Of a stretch of DNA of 64,000 nucleotides, positions 49,880 through 62,407 are shown one piece after another. The notes under the pieces were generated by a model, which worked only from the letters and a program-made list of their open reading frames with translations, was not told the origin of the DNA and searched no databases. Made by a program: the position numbers and the translations under genes. Source of the stretch: Camelus dromedarius (Eukaryota); contig NC_087447.1 in NCBI RefSeq assembly GCF_036321535.1, forward strand, positions 45,198,001 to 45,262,000, written 5' to 3'. The first letter of the stretch is position 1; the number at the start of each line of letters is the position of its first letter.

Positions 49880-50565
49880 CTCTTCCCACTGGTAACCATT
49901 AGTTTGTTCTCTATATCTGTGAGTCTTTATGTTGTATTTGCTACTTTATTTTATTTTTCTGATCCCACATTTAAGTGATATCGTACTGTATTTGTCATTG
50001 TTTGACTTCTTTCTCTAAGCATAATGAATTCTAGGTACATACATGTCATTGAAATTGGCAGAACATCAGTCTTTTTNNNNNNNNNNNNNNNNNNNNNNNN
50101 NNNNNNNNNNNNNNNNNNNNNNNNNNNNNNNNNNNNNNNNNNNNNNNNNNNNNNNNNNNNNNNNNNNNNNNNNNNNNNNNNNNNNNNNNNNNNNNNNNNN
50201 NNNNNNNNNNNNNNNNNNNNNNNNNNNNNNNNNNNNNNNNNNCATGATCTTTTCAAGTTAATGCTTTATTTTCTTTGGATATATACTCAGGAGTGGAATT
50301 GCTGGATCTTATGGTAGTGCTATTTTTAGTTTTTTGAAACCTGCATATTGTTTTCAACAGCAGCAAAACGAATTTACATTCCCACCAACAGTGTACTAGG
50401 GCTCACTTTCCTCCGCATCCTTGTTAACATTTGTTATTTCTGGTCTTTTTGATGGTAGCCGTTCTGGCAGGTGTAGGTGTTATCTCACTGTGGTTTTGAT
50501 TTGCATTTCCCTGATGATTAGTCATGTTGAGCATCTTTTCATTTGCCTCTTGGCCACCTTTTGGG
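49880..50565 (-). mobile_element. L1 3' fragment containing a 166-nt N gap (50077-50242)
   Basis: Antisense L1 3' text (ggtagtgctatttttagttttttgaaacctgcatattgtttt...catcagggaaatgcaaatc on minus). Confidence 0.75.
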
Positions 50566-51223
50566 GATTTTAATTCTCTGCCACACAATGACGTAATGAA
50601 AGATGTCAGAAGCATGTGTTCTAGAATTTCTAGCTCCAAAAAGTCTGGAGTAAGCAGAATAGAGTTTTTCATGATTTATGCACTAGAAAATATTTTTTAA
50701 AGCTTCTCTTATATAGATTTTTCTTGCATACTCTTTCCTTGATACAAGGGAGGTAGGATATATTAGAAAATCCCTTGACCTCATTTTAGTGCTTACGAGT
50801 AAGTCGAGCATATGTCTGTATTACACTAAAGAGGACGCCCTATGGAGATTAATCTACTCACACAGAACCTGGGCTAGAGACCTCATAGCAGCATTGCATA
50901 CAGTTATTAGATTTTTTTTTTCTTGTACAAGTCTTTATTGGTGAAGTGTTAGGAAACAGAAAAAGGGAACTATTTCTTAATGGAGATAATATAATATTTA
51001 AAATCCAGGTTTCAAAAATATCCAGAAGTACATTAAGAGACTCAGAAGTGCCCTTGTTCACTAAATTAATTACTTTAGGGGCAGGATTGAATAACGTAAC
51101 TCAGTAAGATATCAAACACAAAATAGTTGGGATATTCAGTGGTCCAGAGGCAGACTCTGGTCTTCAGTCAATGTAAATAATGACTTTTCTGATTCATACA
51201 AGAAGTTATTTAGTTCAACATCA

Positions 51224-51253
<30 letters not shown>
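51224..51253. repeat. (AAT)10 microsatellite
   Basis: Perfect trinucleotide run. Confidence 0.9.
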
Positions 51254-51254
<1 letters not shown>

Positions 51255-54200
51255 GCAATCCATAATGCCTTGAGAGTTATTTTAAAAGATTCTGCAGATG
51301 CAGAGACAAGGCTTGGAAAAGCTGCTATACATGAAAAGGAGGTGAACACTCATTGATTCCCACCCCAGGGAGCAGGAGGAAGATGTCCTTTTCATCACAG
51401 GCCTAACTTTGATACCAGAAAGGACAAGGAGCAGGGAGTGGGAGCCTCCTTGAAGAGCCTCGCCCCCTCCCCACTCTTTCCTCCTTGTTCTCCATCATCA
51501 ATTAGAAATGCTGCCTGTGTGCAGAGGATAAGGGAAAAAGCATTTTTAGGTTTCATCTCCTCCTATGAGGCTGGTGCCTTAAAAATAGATTCACAACCTC
51601 AGCCTCCGTCCTAAGAAAGCCAATGATATGTAGAAATTCTCTTTCACCTCTTTTTATTTAACAAGGTTTCCTTTGAACTCAGCATCTTTTCCTCTTAAAG
51701 TGGTAAAATACCTGGATTTTGGCATAGTGAAAATAAAAAATAAACTCTTATACTCCTTTTTGGTGGTGGGGGGGGCATTAGGTCTGCTCCTAATTAAGAA
51801 AATGAAATACTGAACATGATTCAGCTAGGCTGGTGAGAGGCTGTTTTCAGATTTGTGGAAAAAAAATCTCTGAGTAATAAAGGTCATTCCTTACAAGTTA
51901 AACAATGAAAGCAATAGTGTATTCAACAGTGGATTGAGTGATACAGTCATGTGCAAAAACAAAAACAGAAACAAAAACAAAAAGGTCATTCTTTTGTCTG
52001 ATCTTGTCGTGGGTGCATATGTCTTCCTCCCGGGCTGGTGCCGGGTGGTCAATGGAGAGAGAAGACAGAGAAGGAAGTAGAACAAGAGTTATGGGAGGAT
52101 AGGATCCCTGAACTCAGGGCCTCACAGAGTCTCACAGAAAAGTTTATACGGCTAAATGTCATATAGAACTAAACAAAACCCACATTGCATGGACGTGTGT
52201 GGTCCCAGGAAGTGGGAGAACCTTACAAAGGAGAGGGTGGTAAAGAGGGTGATGGATGGGCCCCTGGACACGGCTCACCATCTGCGCACTTCCTCAGTTC
52301 CACAGAGAGGTCCAGCCTGAGCTCATCGAAGCCGTCTCCAGGCCTGATCTGCTCTGCTCTGCTAGGACAAGGCGACTTTGCTGCGCGGTAACAATTCAGT
52401 GAGATGAGAGTGCCCTTCCCGCAGACACTGTTTTACAAGGTGGTAAGTAGGAGCCAAGGTGAGGAGAGTCCGTTTCCCTAGGCAGGATCATCTCGAAGGG
52501 CATTTCCTCATCAGGAGACTATCCAATACTCCAGTATCAACTGGATACATTTTCTAAATGGGCTGATGCAGTGTGGGCTCAGGACTCTCTATTGTTCTGT
52601 CTCACTTTCTGATAGGGAGGGATCTTTCTGGTGGTGGTTGTACATTTAAGCACAAGGAATCCAGACAGCTCAGTAGGCCATGTGCTTCTAAATGCTTTTA
52701 AGTCTCATAGAATCAGCAAACAGCTTATGGAGTCAGAATTGCTTTGTGAATTATCATCTTCCTGACCTCAAATAGTCAGGAGTCACTGCCGAGGAATTAC
52801 CCTCTGCAGGGGAGGAGGAGGACTGCTCAGCAAGCGGAAACTCTACAGGAATGTCAGAAAGTGAGACTTGGCTTCGTGGGTTTCCTGTACTAGAATTAAG
52901 CATATGTGGTTTGTCTTCATACGTGTACTGTCAAGTGCTGATTTTTCTTTTCTTCTCTCACCCATGGAAAACTTGTAGATCAAATATTTATAAGAAAATA
53001 AGTAACATAGATATATCATCCATTAAGTGATTAATTAATTTGTTTGTTTTGAACATGAATAGCTCAGAAGTCAAATGACACCCCCTAAACATTTGCTGTT
53101 TCATTGAAATCTGCATAAGCTTCCAACATCTTCAAATGGAAAGGGTAACCCCAGCCAAAACTTTCTATACATTTCCGGAGTCGTGTATCAATCACCAAAA
53201 GCATTGGTGTGTGGCAGAGTCTATTAAGTTTAGACGACAAACAGATCTCAACTAACAGAACTGCAGAAAACAGAGCTGTTTATTGGGCAATCCTGATCTT
53301 CCATCATTTTCTGTCTGTCATGTTGATCAGGAAAATTTTGCCCTAAAATGTTTCTCAACTTCCATTTCTCCTAGCAGCGATATTTAGTCACTGTCCTTTA
53401 CTCAGTCCTTGGCCTAAAAAAGTGCAGTGATTTTGGGGTGAAATGAATATAATTCTGGTGACAATCTGTTTTTCTTAGAAGCTTTGGTTTTTGTTTGTTT
53501 GCTTATAAGGCACACAGTAGTTTATTCACTTATTTATTCACTCAGCATTATTTATTGAAACCCACAATGTGGCAAGCATGGTGTTAGGTTGGAGGGCTCA
53601 GTGATTACAGAATTTTGTCATTAGGGTTTCTGAGAGAAACCTACCTGGAGAGAGATAGAAGACGGATGTCAAGTCTCCTGGGATGTTTACTAACTGCACA
53701 TTCCTTTTAAATACCTCCTTACAGAGCTGTACCGCATTTGACTGGCTGCAGTGTGATGGCGGGTGTTAGTGGTGGAAATGTGGCCAGTGTTTTTGCGAAC
53801 TGTGCCAAGGCGACGTATCTAAGGCAAATATCCCATATTATAAGCTTCCTGGGTGACAATCTGTATGTTTACAACGAAAGACAGATATAGGTAACAATGG
53901 TTTAGAGTCAGGTTTAATTAATTATTAGTCTCGACACTCAAGTCTATAGTCTTGATTGAGACAAATACTTTTGTAAATGTTAAACAGTTTAGAACTGATA
54001 GAGGCCAAATGGCTTTTTTTTATATTTGACATGACATTATGAAAACAAGGTCTTCTGTGGAAGTTAACTCAAAAATCTAAGAATAAAGAATTTAATATAC
54101 AAATCTTGACTAAATGTAGAAGATGCAAGTAAAATAAATCTGAAACTCAAAGAAATGTCTGCTAAACAGATATATTAAAAATGATTTAACTGGCTTATAG

Positions 54201-54582
54201 ACAGCAGATTGGTATGTCAATTATTCAGCTAGGTATGGAGTATATAATTCAACAGGAAATACTACTCAACATTTGGAAACCCAATAACTACAAGAACATT
54301 TTTGCAAATAATATAGAAAAATAGATTTTGGTTATTATGGGAAAAGAGCATTGTAAGACACAACTCAGGTATAAACCAGACAATTGGTCATTATTTTTAA
54401 AACTATCCTGTTACGTTTTCATCATAATTCCTTAAAGAAGCCTTTTAACATTTAGTTCATACAAAAATATTATAAATACCTTTATTATTTATAATTTACT
54501 TACATGTCAGTACCCTGTTTAAATACTTATTTTAACAGTTTGAGCAAATACAACTTATCTCAGACAAAAGGAGCCCTTTTTC

Positions 54583-55322
54583 GGAACCCTCCTACACTGC
54601 CGGTGGGGATGCAGTTTGGTGCAGCCACTGTGGAAAAAAGTATGGAGATTCCTCAAAAGACTAGAAATAGACTTACCATATGACCTAGGAATCCCACTCC
54701 TGGGCATATATCCAGAAGGAACCCTACTTCAAAATGACACCTGCACCCCAATGTTCATAGCAGCGCTATTTACAATAGCCACGACATGGAGACAGCCTAA
54801 ATGTCCATCAACAGATGACTGGATAAAGAAGATGTGGTATATTTATATAATGGAATACTATTCAGCCATAAAAAACAACAACATAACATCATTTACAGCA
54901 ACTTGGATGTTCCTGGAGAATGTCATTCTAAGTGAAGTAAGCCAGAAACAGGAAGAAAAATACCATATGAGATTGCTCATATGTGGAATCTAAAAAAATT
55001 GAGAAAATAAATATGAAACAGAAACAGACTCATAGACATAGAATACAAACTTGTGGTTGCCAAGGGGGAGGTGGATGGGAAGGGATAGACTGGGAGTTCA
55101 AAGTTTGTAGATACTGACAGGCATATGTAGAATAGATAAACAAGATTATACTGTATAGCACAGGGAAATATATACAGGATCTTGTGGTAGCTCACAGCAA
55201 AAAAAATGTGGCAATGAATATATGTATGCTCATGTATAACTGAAAAATTGTGCTCTGCACTGGAATTTGACACAACATTGTAAAATGACTGTAACTCAAT
55301 AAAACAATGTTTAAAAAAAAAA
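54583..55322 (+). mobile_element. Young 5'-truncated L1 (ORF2 C-terminus and 3' UTR)
   Basis: Open ORF2 tail ([15 protein letters not shown]...CPSTDDWIKKMWYIY); poly(A); TSD about aaaaggagccctttttc / aaaagggagccttttttc. Confidence 0.9.
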
Positions 55323-55465
55323 GGGAGCCTTTTTTCTCACAAGTCTCTTAATTAGGGAATTGATCAATATTTATTAGGTAGCAGTAAAACTCATACATAT
55401 ACATACATACATCTATAAGAATTTATAATGGATTATTTTTTTCTGTTAAGAAAATAAAAGCTTTA

Positions 55466-55635
55466 GGGGGAGGATATAACTCAGCAGTAGAAGGTATGCC
55501 TAGCATTTACAAGGTCCTGGATTCAATCCCCAGTACCTCCACTAAAAAATGAATAAACAAGTAATTAAGTAAACCTAATTACGCCCACCACCAAAAATAA
55601 AAATGAAAAAAAAATAACGTGATGTTAAAAAAAAA
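55466..55635 (+). mobile_element. tRNA-Ala-derived SINE (Vic-1 type)
   Basis: gggggaggatataactcagcagtagaaggtatgcctagc...ggattcaatccccagtacctcca; approximate TSD aaataaaagcttta / aaataaggttta. Confidence 0.85.
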
Positions 55636-56564
55636 TAAGGTTTAAATTTTCTGCCTCCTCAACAAATTTCTTTCTAATCTCTAGTCACTAAAAATAGGTT
55701 ATGTGTCTGTGCATGTGTCCCAGTGGTCCTCTTCCAACCAAGAGCTGGAAAGTGAGTCCTTCTGTAACACAGAAAGAAATGTGCTGAGATCCCTTCTTTG
55801 TTGAGAACTTAGCTCTGCATATGAGTATTCAACCGCTGAGACGCAGGAAATAAAGCACCGTCTAGTGTCACAAGTTCTTTGCTATCAAGAATCAGGCCCA
55901 ACCCATCTCCAGATCCCCTCTGCTTAACCCAGAGCTAGACCTGGAGTAGTCACTCCATGCACGTGTGTTAAATCAATAAAGAAGGGGTCACTGCACAAAA
56001 GGCTGAGAGAAATACATTCACTGTTACGTGGTACTCACTCTTCCCATCCTCATGACTTCTTCTGTGATTCCTCAGTTCTTTAGTTGAGATGAGGAAGTGT
56101 TTCTTAGACGGAAACCTAAAGACTACTGAACACACACTCAACAATGTGGTTTTTAATATTCAGGTCTGGATACTGAAGCATCTGATTAGGATATAATCAA
56201 AAAAATTTTTTTTTCTTTTAAAAGGAAGCTCTCCATTGTAAACATGGGAATCCCAGGGCGATGGGTTAATCTTAGTTCTTGATTTCTTTTTTCTTTCACT
56301 TTTTTTGCTCTAAATTGTATACAGAGTTAGCTATATCCATATATAAACAAGGATGGTTTTCCAGAATAACTGGAAGGAGGATTCTCTGGACTGAGAAGGG
56401 ATAACAGAGTAGCTTTCCAGCTTCACTGGCTCTAAGACCCCCCTCTTTTGCTATGGGAACAGCTCAAAGTAGCACTTTTTCTTTGAGGTCACTTCTGTGA
56501 GTCAGAGCTAAGTCTCTTTCTAGAAGATGTCTGACTCCCTCTGTTATAGCAATAAAGTTCACTT

Positions 56565-56885
56565 GTGCAATATTTTCTCTCTGTCCATAGGTTGTCCTTT
56601 TGTTTTGTTCATGGTTTGCTTTGCTGTGCAAAAGCTTATAAGTTTAATAAGGTCCCATTTTTTAATTTTTGCTTTTATTTCTATTGCCTGCTAGACTGCT
56701 CTAAAAGAACATTGTTAAGATTTATGTCAGAAAATGTTTTGCCTGTGTTTTCTTCTGGGAGGTTTATAAGAGTCTGCCTTGTGGTGTTGGGAATACTGTA
56801 CAGCTGCATGTAAATCAATTAAGTTAGAACACTCCCTCACATCATACACAAAAATTAACTCAAAATGGCTTAAAGACTTAAACAT
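56565..56885. mobile_element. L1 ORF2 fragments in opposite orientations (minus then plus)
   Basis: 56565-56760 is antisense to 31440-31620; ~56790-56885 is sense to ~31290-31390. Confidence 0.65.
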
Positions 56886-57419
56886 GCTAGGTTTTTTGGA
56901 TATAGATTAATTTATTAATTATCCGACAAAACCTGATGAATACATTTTATGATGTCTCAAATCAGTACTGAATTTTTCAGTAGGCAGACTAAACATACAT
57001 ACTAAACATATATACTAAAGTCACAAAGAAATAAAATGCAAAACTGTATAGTACATTTAGATAATTTTTTTAAATGTCAAAGTGTCAATGTCTTCCTCAT
57101 GAGAAAATTAGAAATGTGTTGAACTTTACAACACTTATTTCAGGGTTTCATTCTTTTAATTGTCTTTAAATTAATACAGAGGAACATCAAAGTGTTATTT
57201 AATATCCATAGAATCCTTATCACCTATATTTTTGTCTTCTTTTTACAAGTGAAATATCTGAGATTCAGGGAGTTTATGACACTCGCTGAGATGGAAAAGT
57301 TATTAGAGAAACCAAGATTCCAATCTGGGTGAAAAATCATAATTATAAACATATATACTACACATGCATGCATGCACACAAGCACAGTCACCATTTGGAA
57401 GAGGAGATTAAAGCAAAGT

Positions 57420-57745
57420 GACTCAGTTATACATATACATACATATATTTTTTCAGATTCTTTTCCATTATAGTGTATTACAAGAAATTGAATATACTTC
57501 CCTGGGTTATAAGTAGGTCCTTGTTGTTTATCTATTTTATATACAGTAATGTGTGTCTATTAATTCCAAATCCTAATTTTTATCCCTCCTTCCCCTTTCC
57601 CCTTTGGTAACATAGTTTGTTTTCTATGTCTGTGAGTTTATTACTGGTTTGCAATTAAAATTTGTATCTTTTTTTAGATTCCACATATAAGTGATATCAC
57701 ATGATATTTGTGTTTCTCTGTTTGACTTACTTCACTTAATATGAT
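57420..57745 (-). mobile_element. L1 3' end
   Basis: Reverse complement of the L1 3' UTR (compare 32250-32550). Confidence 0.75.
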
Positions 57746-58479
57746 AATCTCTAGGCCATTTAAAAATATATATATATTTAAAGCACCCTGCACAACATTT
57801 AGCAAATGGTAAACATACAACTATTTTTACTGTAACTATATCATTAGCATAACACCACCAGCCTTCTTTCCATAAGTTTCTGCAAAATGGATAATCATGG
57901 TATTTGGTGCATCCCATATTAAAGAAGATATAATATGCACACACCTATTCAAACTATGCTTTTTTGTCAATATATCTGGATACATATGAGCCCCACAGTA
58001 CTGTCCTGCAGAATTGCCCACGCTTGGATCATTTCGTCATTTTTTTTTTAAACAAAGCTGTTCCCAGTCTGTACACTGTTTTCATTCCTGGATAGAATCT
58101 TTGTAAAGTATCTGATTCACTTTTCTACATTAATTAATTCAAACCAACGTGCGCTAGAGATAACCGTGGCTCTAAAGGCCGTGTTAGATGCCCCTTTTCT
58201 GGGCTATCACCAACAGTAACCATGGCACCATATCTCCCCAGATTGCGGCTGTTCCCTGCACCAGTAATAACATTTATGTTTACTTACTGAGTGTTTTATG
58301 TGTTGGTCAACTTCATTAATTCATTTAAACCTTAGAACAGCCTTATGAAGCAGATATTCTTATTAGCTATCTTTTTTCACATAAGGAAACTGAGGCATAA
58401 CGAGTTAAATAACTTTTCCAAAGTCACAAAAAGTATCAGTAGCAGAGCTAGTGTTCGAATCTAGGTACTCTTTTTCCTA

Positions 58480-58800
58480 TTTTTACCGAGTATATTTGAT
58501 TTACAATGTTGCATCAGTTTCAGGTGTACAGCAAAGTGATTCAGTTATACATACACATACATATATTTATCCTTTTTCAAATTCTTTTCTAAGTTATTAT
58601 AAGATATTGAATAAAGTTCCCTGTGCTATACAATAGGTCCTTGTTGTTTATCTACTATATAAATAGTAGTCTGTGCATGCTAATCCCAAACTCCTAACTG
58701 ATCCCTCCACCTCTACCCCTTTTCCCTTTGGCAGTCATACTCTGTTTTCTATGTCTGTGAGTCTATTTCCAGTTTGTAAAGAAGTTCATTTGTGTCATGA
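58480..58800 (-). mobile_element. L1 3' end
   Basis: gatttacaatgttgcatcagtttcaggtgtacagcaaagtgattcagtt..., same family as 1405-1745. Confidence 0.75.
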
Positions 58801-60479
58801 ATCTAGGTTCTCTTAACCATTATACTCTACGGTCACACTGAATTCAGAGGGTAAGTGCCCCTCTGCTTTATTCTCCATGGACCCCTTCTGTGCCTGACGT
58901 GAGGTCTGGCACATCGTGGACGCTCAATAAAGAGCCACTGAATGGCCAGATGAGCCTCCTTTTCATTTGGTATCTTGCAGATCTCCAGCCCAGACTAAGT
59001 ATCGTTGGTGTTAAGTATGTGTGGCTGTAGATGGCAATGCACATGAAAGATAAGAATTGCAAGATGCTCCAAAGCAGTGTCATCGACTCAAAGTCATACT
59101 AATTGGACTCAGGAGTGGGGCTTCCTGGGTCCACCTCCCGCTCCTCCTCTCACTAGCTATGTGATCCTAGACGATTAATCTATTCTGTGTGTCTCAGTGT
59201 CTTTACCTATAAAACAAGAATAATAATTTTACCTACATCGTAGGCTTGCCGATAAAACCTAATGAATTTTTAAGAATAAAATAAGTAATAAAATAAAATA
59301 AAATAAGCTTTGCACTTTGACTGTCTCCTAATAAGCTGTGAGGAAATGTTACCCTTAGTAGTACTCCGCTACTGGGAGAGTGAGCATCAGAGACTTTAAA
59401 TGATGGTGTAGTTACTCCAGTTGAATGAAGAGATCAGTGGGATTAGTCCTGACATCAGGCCTGCCAGGGATACATAGTCTGCCATTTTGTTTTAAACTAA
59501 TGATCTCATATTATCCTTTCATGCTACAGAGTGAACATTCTGACTAGCACAGGCTTCTGCTGAATCGGGATATAGGGGATGAAAGTTTGATGTGTTTCCA
59601 ATATGCACCACAGAGGAGGTGAGTCCCTTGGGGCCTGGAATCAAGCCCCTGTGGGTAGTGACGTGGGCCCTCCACAGCCTGTGGTCACATCTGGAAGGGA
59701 GCGGCTCTCCTGGGACAAGAACCACTTATCCCCTGAGAGAAGCAGAGAGGAGCATTCAGAAAGCACCTGGTAGGTAGCCAGCAGGGGTGTCAACGCTCAG
59801 ACTTCTCCCTTGTGAGGCTCACCTCCTTGAACTGTCTGATTATTTTCATTCGACTGCCCCCCCTCTCTCTCTTTCATTTGATTAAAAGCATAATGTATAT
59901 GTTTTATGGAAAAGCAGAAAATGAAGGTAAATAGATAATAATCTTCCCAATCTTTCCTAACCAGAAACAACTACTAATAAAATTTCCATTAATTCTTCCA
60001 AATATGTTTTCCATGCAAATATATGCATGTTTAACAATAATATTACATCTTAGTGTTTCTACCAAGAAAAAAATTGAGACTATGCTACAAACACTTTTTA
60101 TATAACGTTTTATTTGAAATACTGCTCTACAGTGGTTTACACATTCTTCTAAGCTATCCTATGCCAGAAATCTGCTGTTGCAGCCACATCTCCTTTTTTA
60201 ATTAGTATAGATTTTTTTTGTTTTTTTCCTTTATGTTTTAACATTTGAGAGATCTACTCTATTCCTGTACCATTTCTTTTTTTTTTTTTAAAGAAATTTT
60301 CAGAGCAGATAATCTAAACTGTACTAGAATTCTAAATTTATTTTTAAATCATTGTTCTGTATTCCCCTAAATATTCAGAATAAAGCAAAATGAACTGGGA
60401 AAAAACAATACCTTCAATATTTGTTCAATCTTTCCACCAAGGCACATGATTTGTGTCCATTCATTCAAGTGTACATCTA

Positions 60480-60900
60480 AGTATGTGATAAGGGGTTAAT
60501 ATCCAAAATATGAAGAAACTCCTACAGCAGCAAAAAACAAAAACAAAAACAAAAAACAACTGATAACTTCATTTTACTGTGGGCTAAGGAATTGAAGTTT
60601 CTCCAAAGAAGACATTCAAATGGCCAACAGGTATATGAAAAAATGCTCAATGTCACTAAATCATTAGGGAAGTACATATTGAAACCACAATGAGGTATTA
60701 TCTCACATCTGTCAAAATGGCTATTTCCAAAATTACACAAAGGCTGGGGAGGATATTGAGAAATTCAGAGCCTTGCACACTGTTAGTGGAAAAGGAAAAT
60801 CATGCATTTTCTATGGGAAACAGTATGAAGATTCCACAAAGAATTAAAAGAGAACTACCTTTGGCATAATCTTGGGGAAAAGAATCATTTAGCCATTATG
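60480..60900 (+). mobile_element. Older L1 3' fragment
   Basis: aagaagacattcaaatggccaacaggtatatgaaaaaatgctcaatgtcactaaatcattaggga is L1 ORF2 3' consensus-like. Confidence 0.7.
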
Positions 60901-61271
60901 ACAGCCTTCCCATGGTAATAAGTAACTTCCTCTGTGATGATTCACCTTAAAAAGAGATGATAGAAACATATTATAACAGAATGAGGGAAGGGACAAATTT
61001 TGAGGATGTACTTCTTTGGCTTTAAGAAGAGGAAGTTTTGTCTCTCTCTTTTTTTTTTTTGGTAAATTATGACCTGGTGTACCTTGCCAAAACTCTGGTT
61101 TGGGCCTTAACTAGTGCCAGACTGTCATCAAATATCTGGTGACAGAAATCCTAATAGGTTTGTGCCCAAAAGGAAATTTTAAAAGTCTTGTCAAAACAGG
61201 TCTTAACACCTCAAATTTGTGAAGTAACAGTAAATATCCTCTGAATTTTGGCCTTTCAGTATGCCTCCTGA

Positions 61272-62216
61272 TTAAAACTTGGATCCGACTAGCATTCTGC
61301 TAAGCTTTTGATGGATCTCTTTGGTTTTGATGGAATAGATAACAGGGTTGAGCATCGGAGGCACAAAGGGATAAATAAGGGACATGAGTGTGTGCACGTG
61401 GGCTGGGGCATGCTTCCCATAGCGAGCAGCCATGGACACACCAACCATGGGCACATAGAAGATGAGCACAGCACACATGTGTAACACACACGTGTTGAGT
61501 GGCTTTACCCGTCCCTCCCAGGATGCAATAGCAAGTACAGAACGCAGTATGAACATGTAGGAGAGGAGAATGAGTACAGAGTCCATGCCAAAGGTAGAGA
61601 TGACAATGAAGAGACCAAAAATATTATTGATGGTGATGTCACCACAGGGAAGGCGGATCAGATCTGGATGCAGGCAGTAGGCATGGGATAGTACATTGGT
61701 CCTGCAGAAGGGCAACCTCTTCAGAAGGAAAGGCAGTGGGAAAACCATGCAGAAACTGCGGATGATGACAGACAAGCCCATGTGTACAACACGGGCATCA
61801 GTGAGCACTGTGGCATAGCGCAGTGGGTTGCAGATGGCCACATAGCGGTCAAAGCTCATAACCAGCAGGATCCCAGACTCCATAAAGGAGAAGAGGTGGA
61901 TAAAGAACATTTGCGCCATGCAGGAATCAAAAGTGATCTTCCTTAAATGGAAGCAAAATGCGGCTAGCACAGTGGGCAATGTGGAAAAAGACATGCCTAG
62001 ATCATTAACTGACAGCAGGGACAGGAAGTAGTACATAGGCTGATGCAAGCTCTGCTCCTCCTTGATAATGAAGAGGATGAGAGCATTGCCCACAATGGAG
62101 ACAGTGTAGAGGGCAGCAAGGAGCAGGAACACCCAGTGTTGGGAGGTCTCCAGCCCTGGGAGTCCTGTCAGGGTGAAAGTTGGCAACTCTGAGCTGTTGT
62201 GACGGTTAGCTCCCAT
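61272..62216 (-). CDS. OR51-family olfactory receptor, 314 aa open frame, possibly decaying
   Basis: LTGLPGLE, SLHQPMYYFLS, MSFDRYVAIC, LSHAYCLH, PPMLNPVIYSIKTKEI; acceptor gtttgtctttacag| puts the exon start at 62251. Altered motifs KPLNTCVLH and LIYPFVPP. Confidence 0.85.
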   Translation of the reverse strand: MGANRHNSSELPTFTLTGLPGLETSQHWVFLLLAALYTVSIVGNALILFIIKEEQSLHQPMYYFLSLLSVNDLGMSFSTLPTVLAAFCFHLRKITFDSCMAQMFFIHLFSFMESGILLVMSFDRYVAICNPLRYATVLTDARVVHMGLSVIIRSFCMVFPLPFLLKRLPFCRTNVLSHAYCLHPDLIRLPCGDITINNIFGLFIVISTFGMDSVLILLSYMFILRSVLAIASWEGRVKPLNTCVLHMCAVLIFYVPMVGVSMAARYGKHAPAHVHTLMSLIYPFVPPMLNPVIYSIKTKEIHQKLSRMLVGSKF

Positions 62217-62407
62217 GCTGGGACAAATGTGCAGACTGCAGGACCACTATCCTGTAAAGACAAACATCCAGTTTATTCATGACCTAGACCTGATATTTGA
62301 AGACTCTCACCTACCATCCAGCCCCTCACTTTACACCGTTAATCAATTCTGTTCACCAAATCACTCATTTTTGTCTCTTTTTGTCACCATGATTTCTAGA
62401 CTTGTCT

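Noticed and set aside
54616-54993. 125-aa ORF (also 29700-30218 and 30701-31102)
   Set aside because: L1 ORF2 fragments, not host genes.
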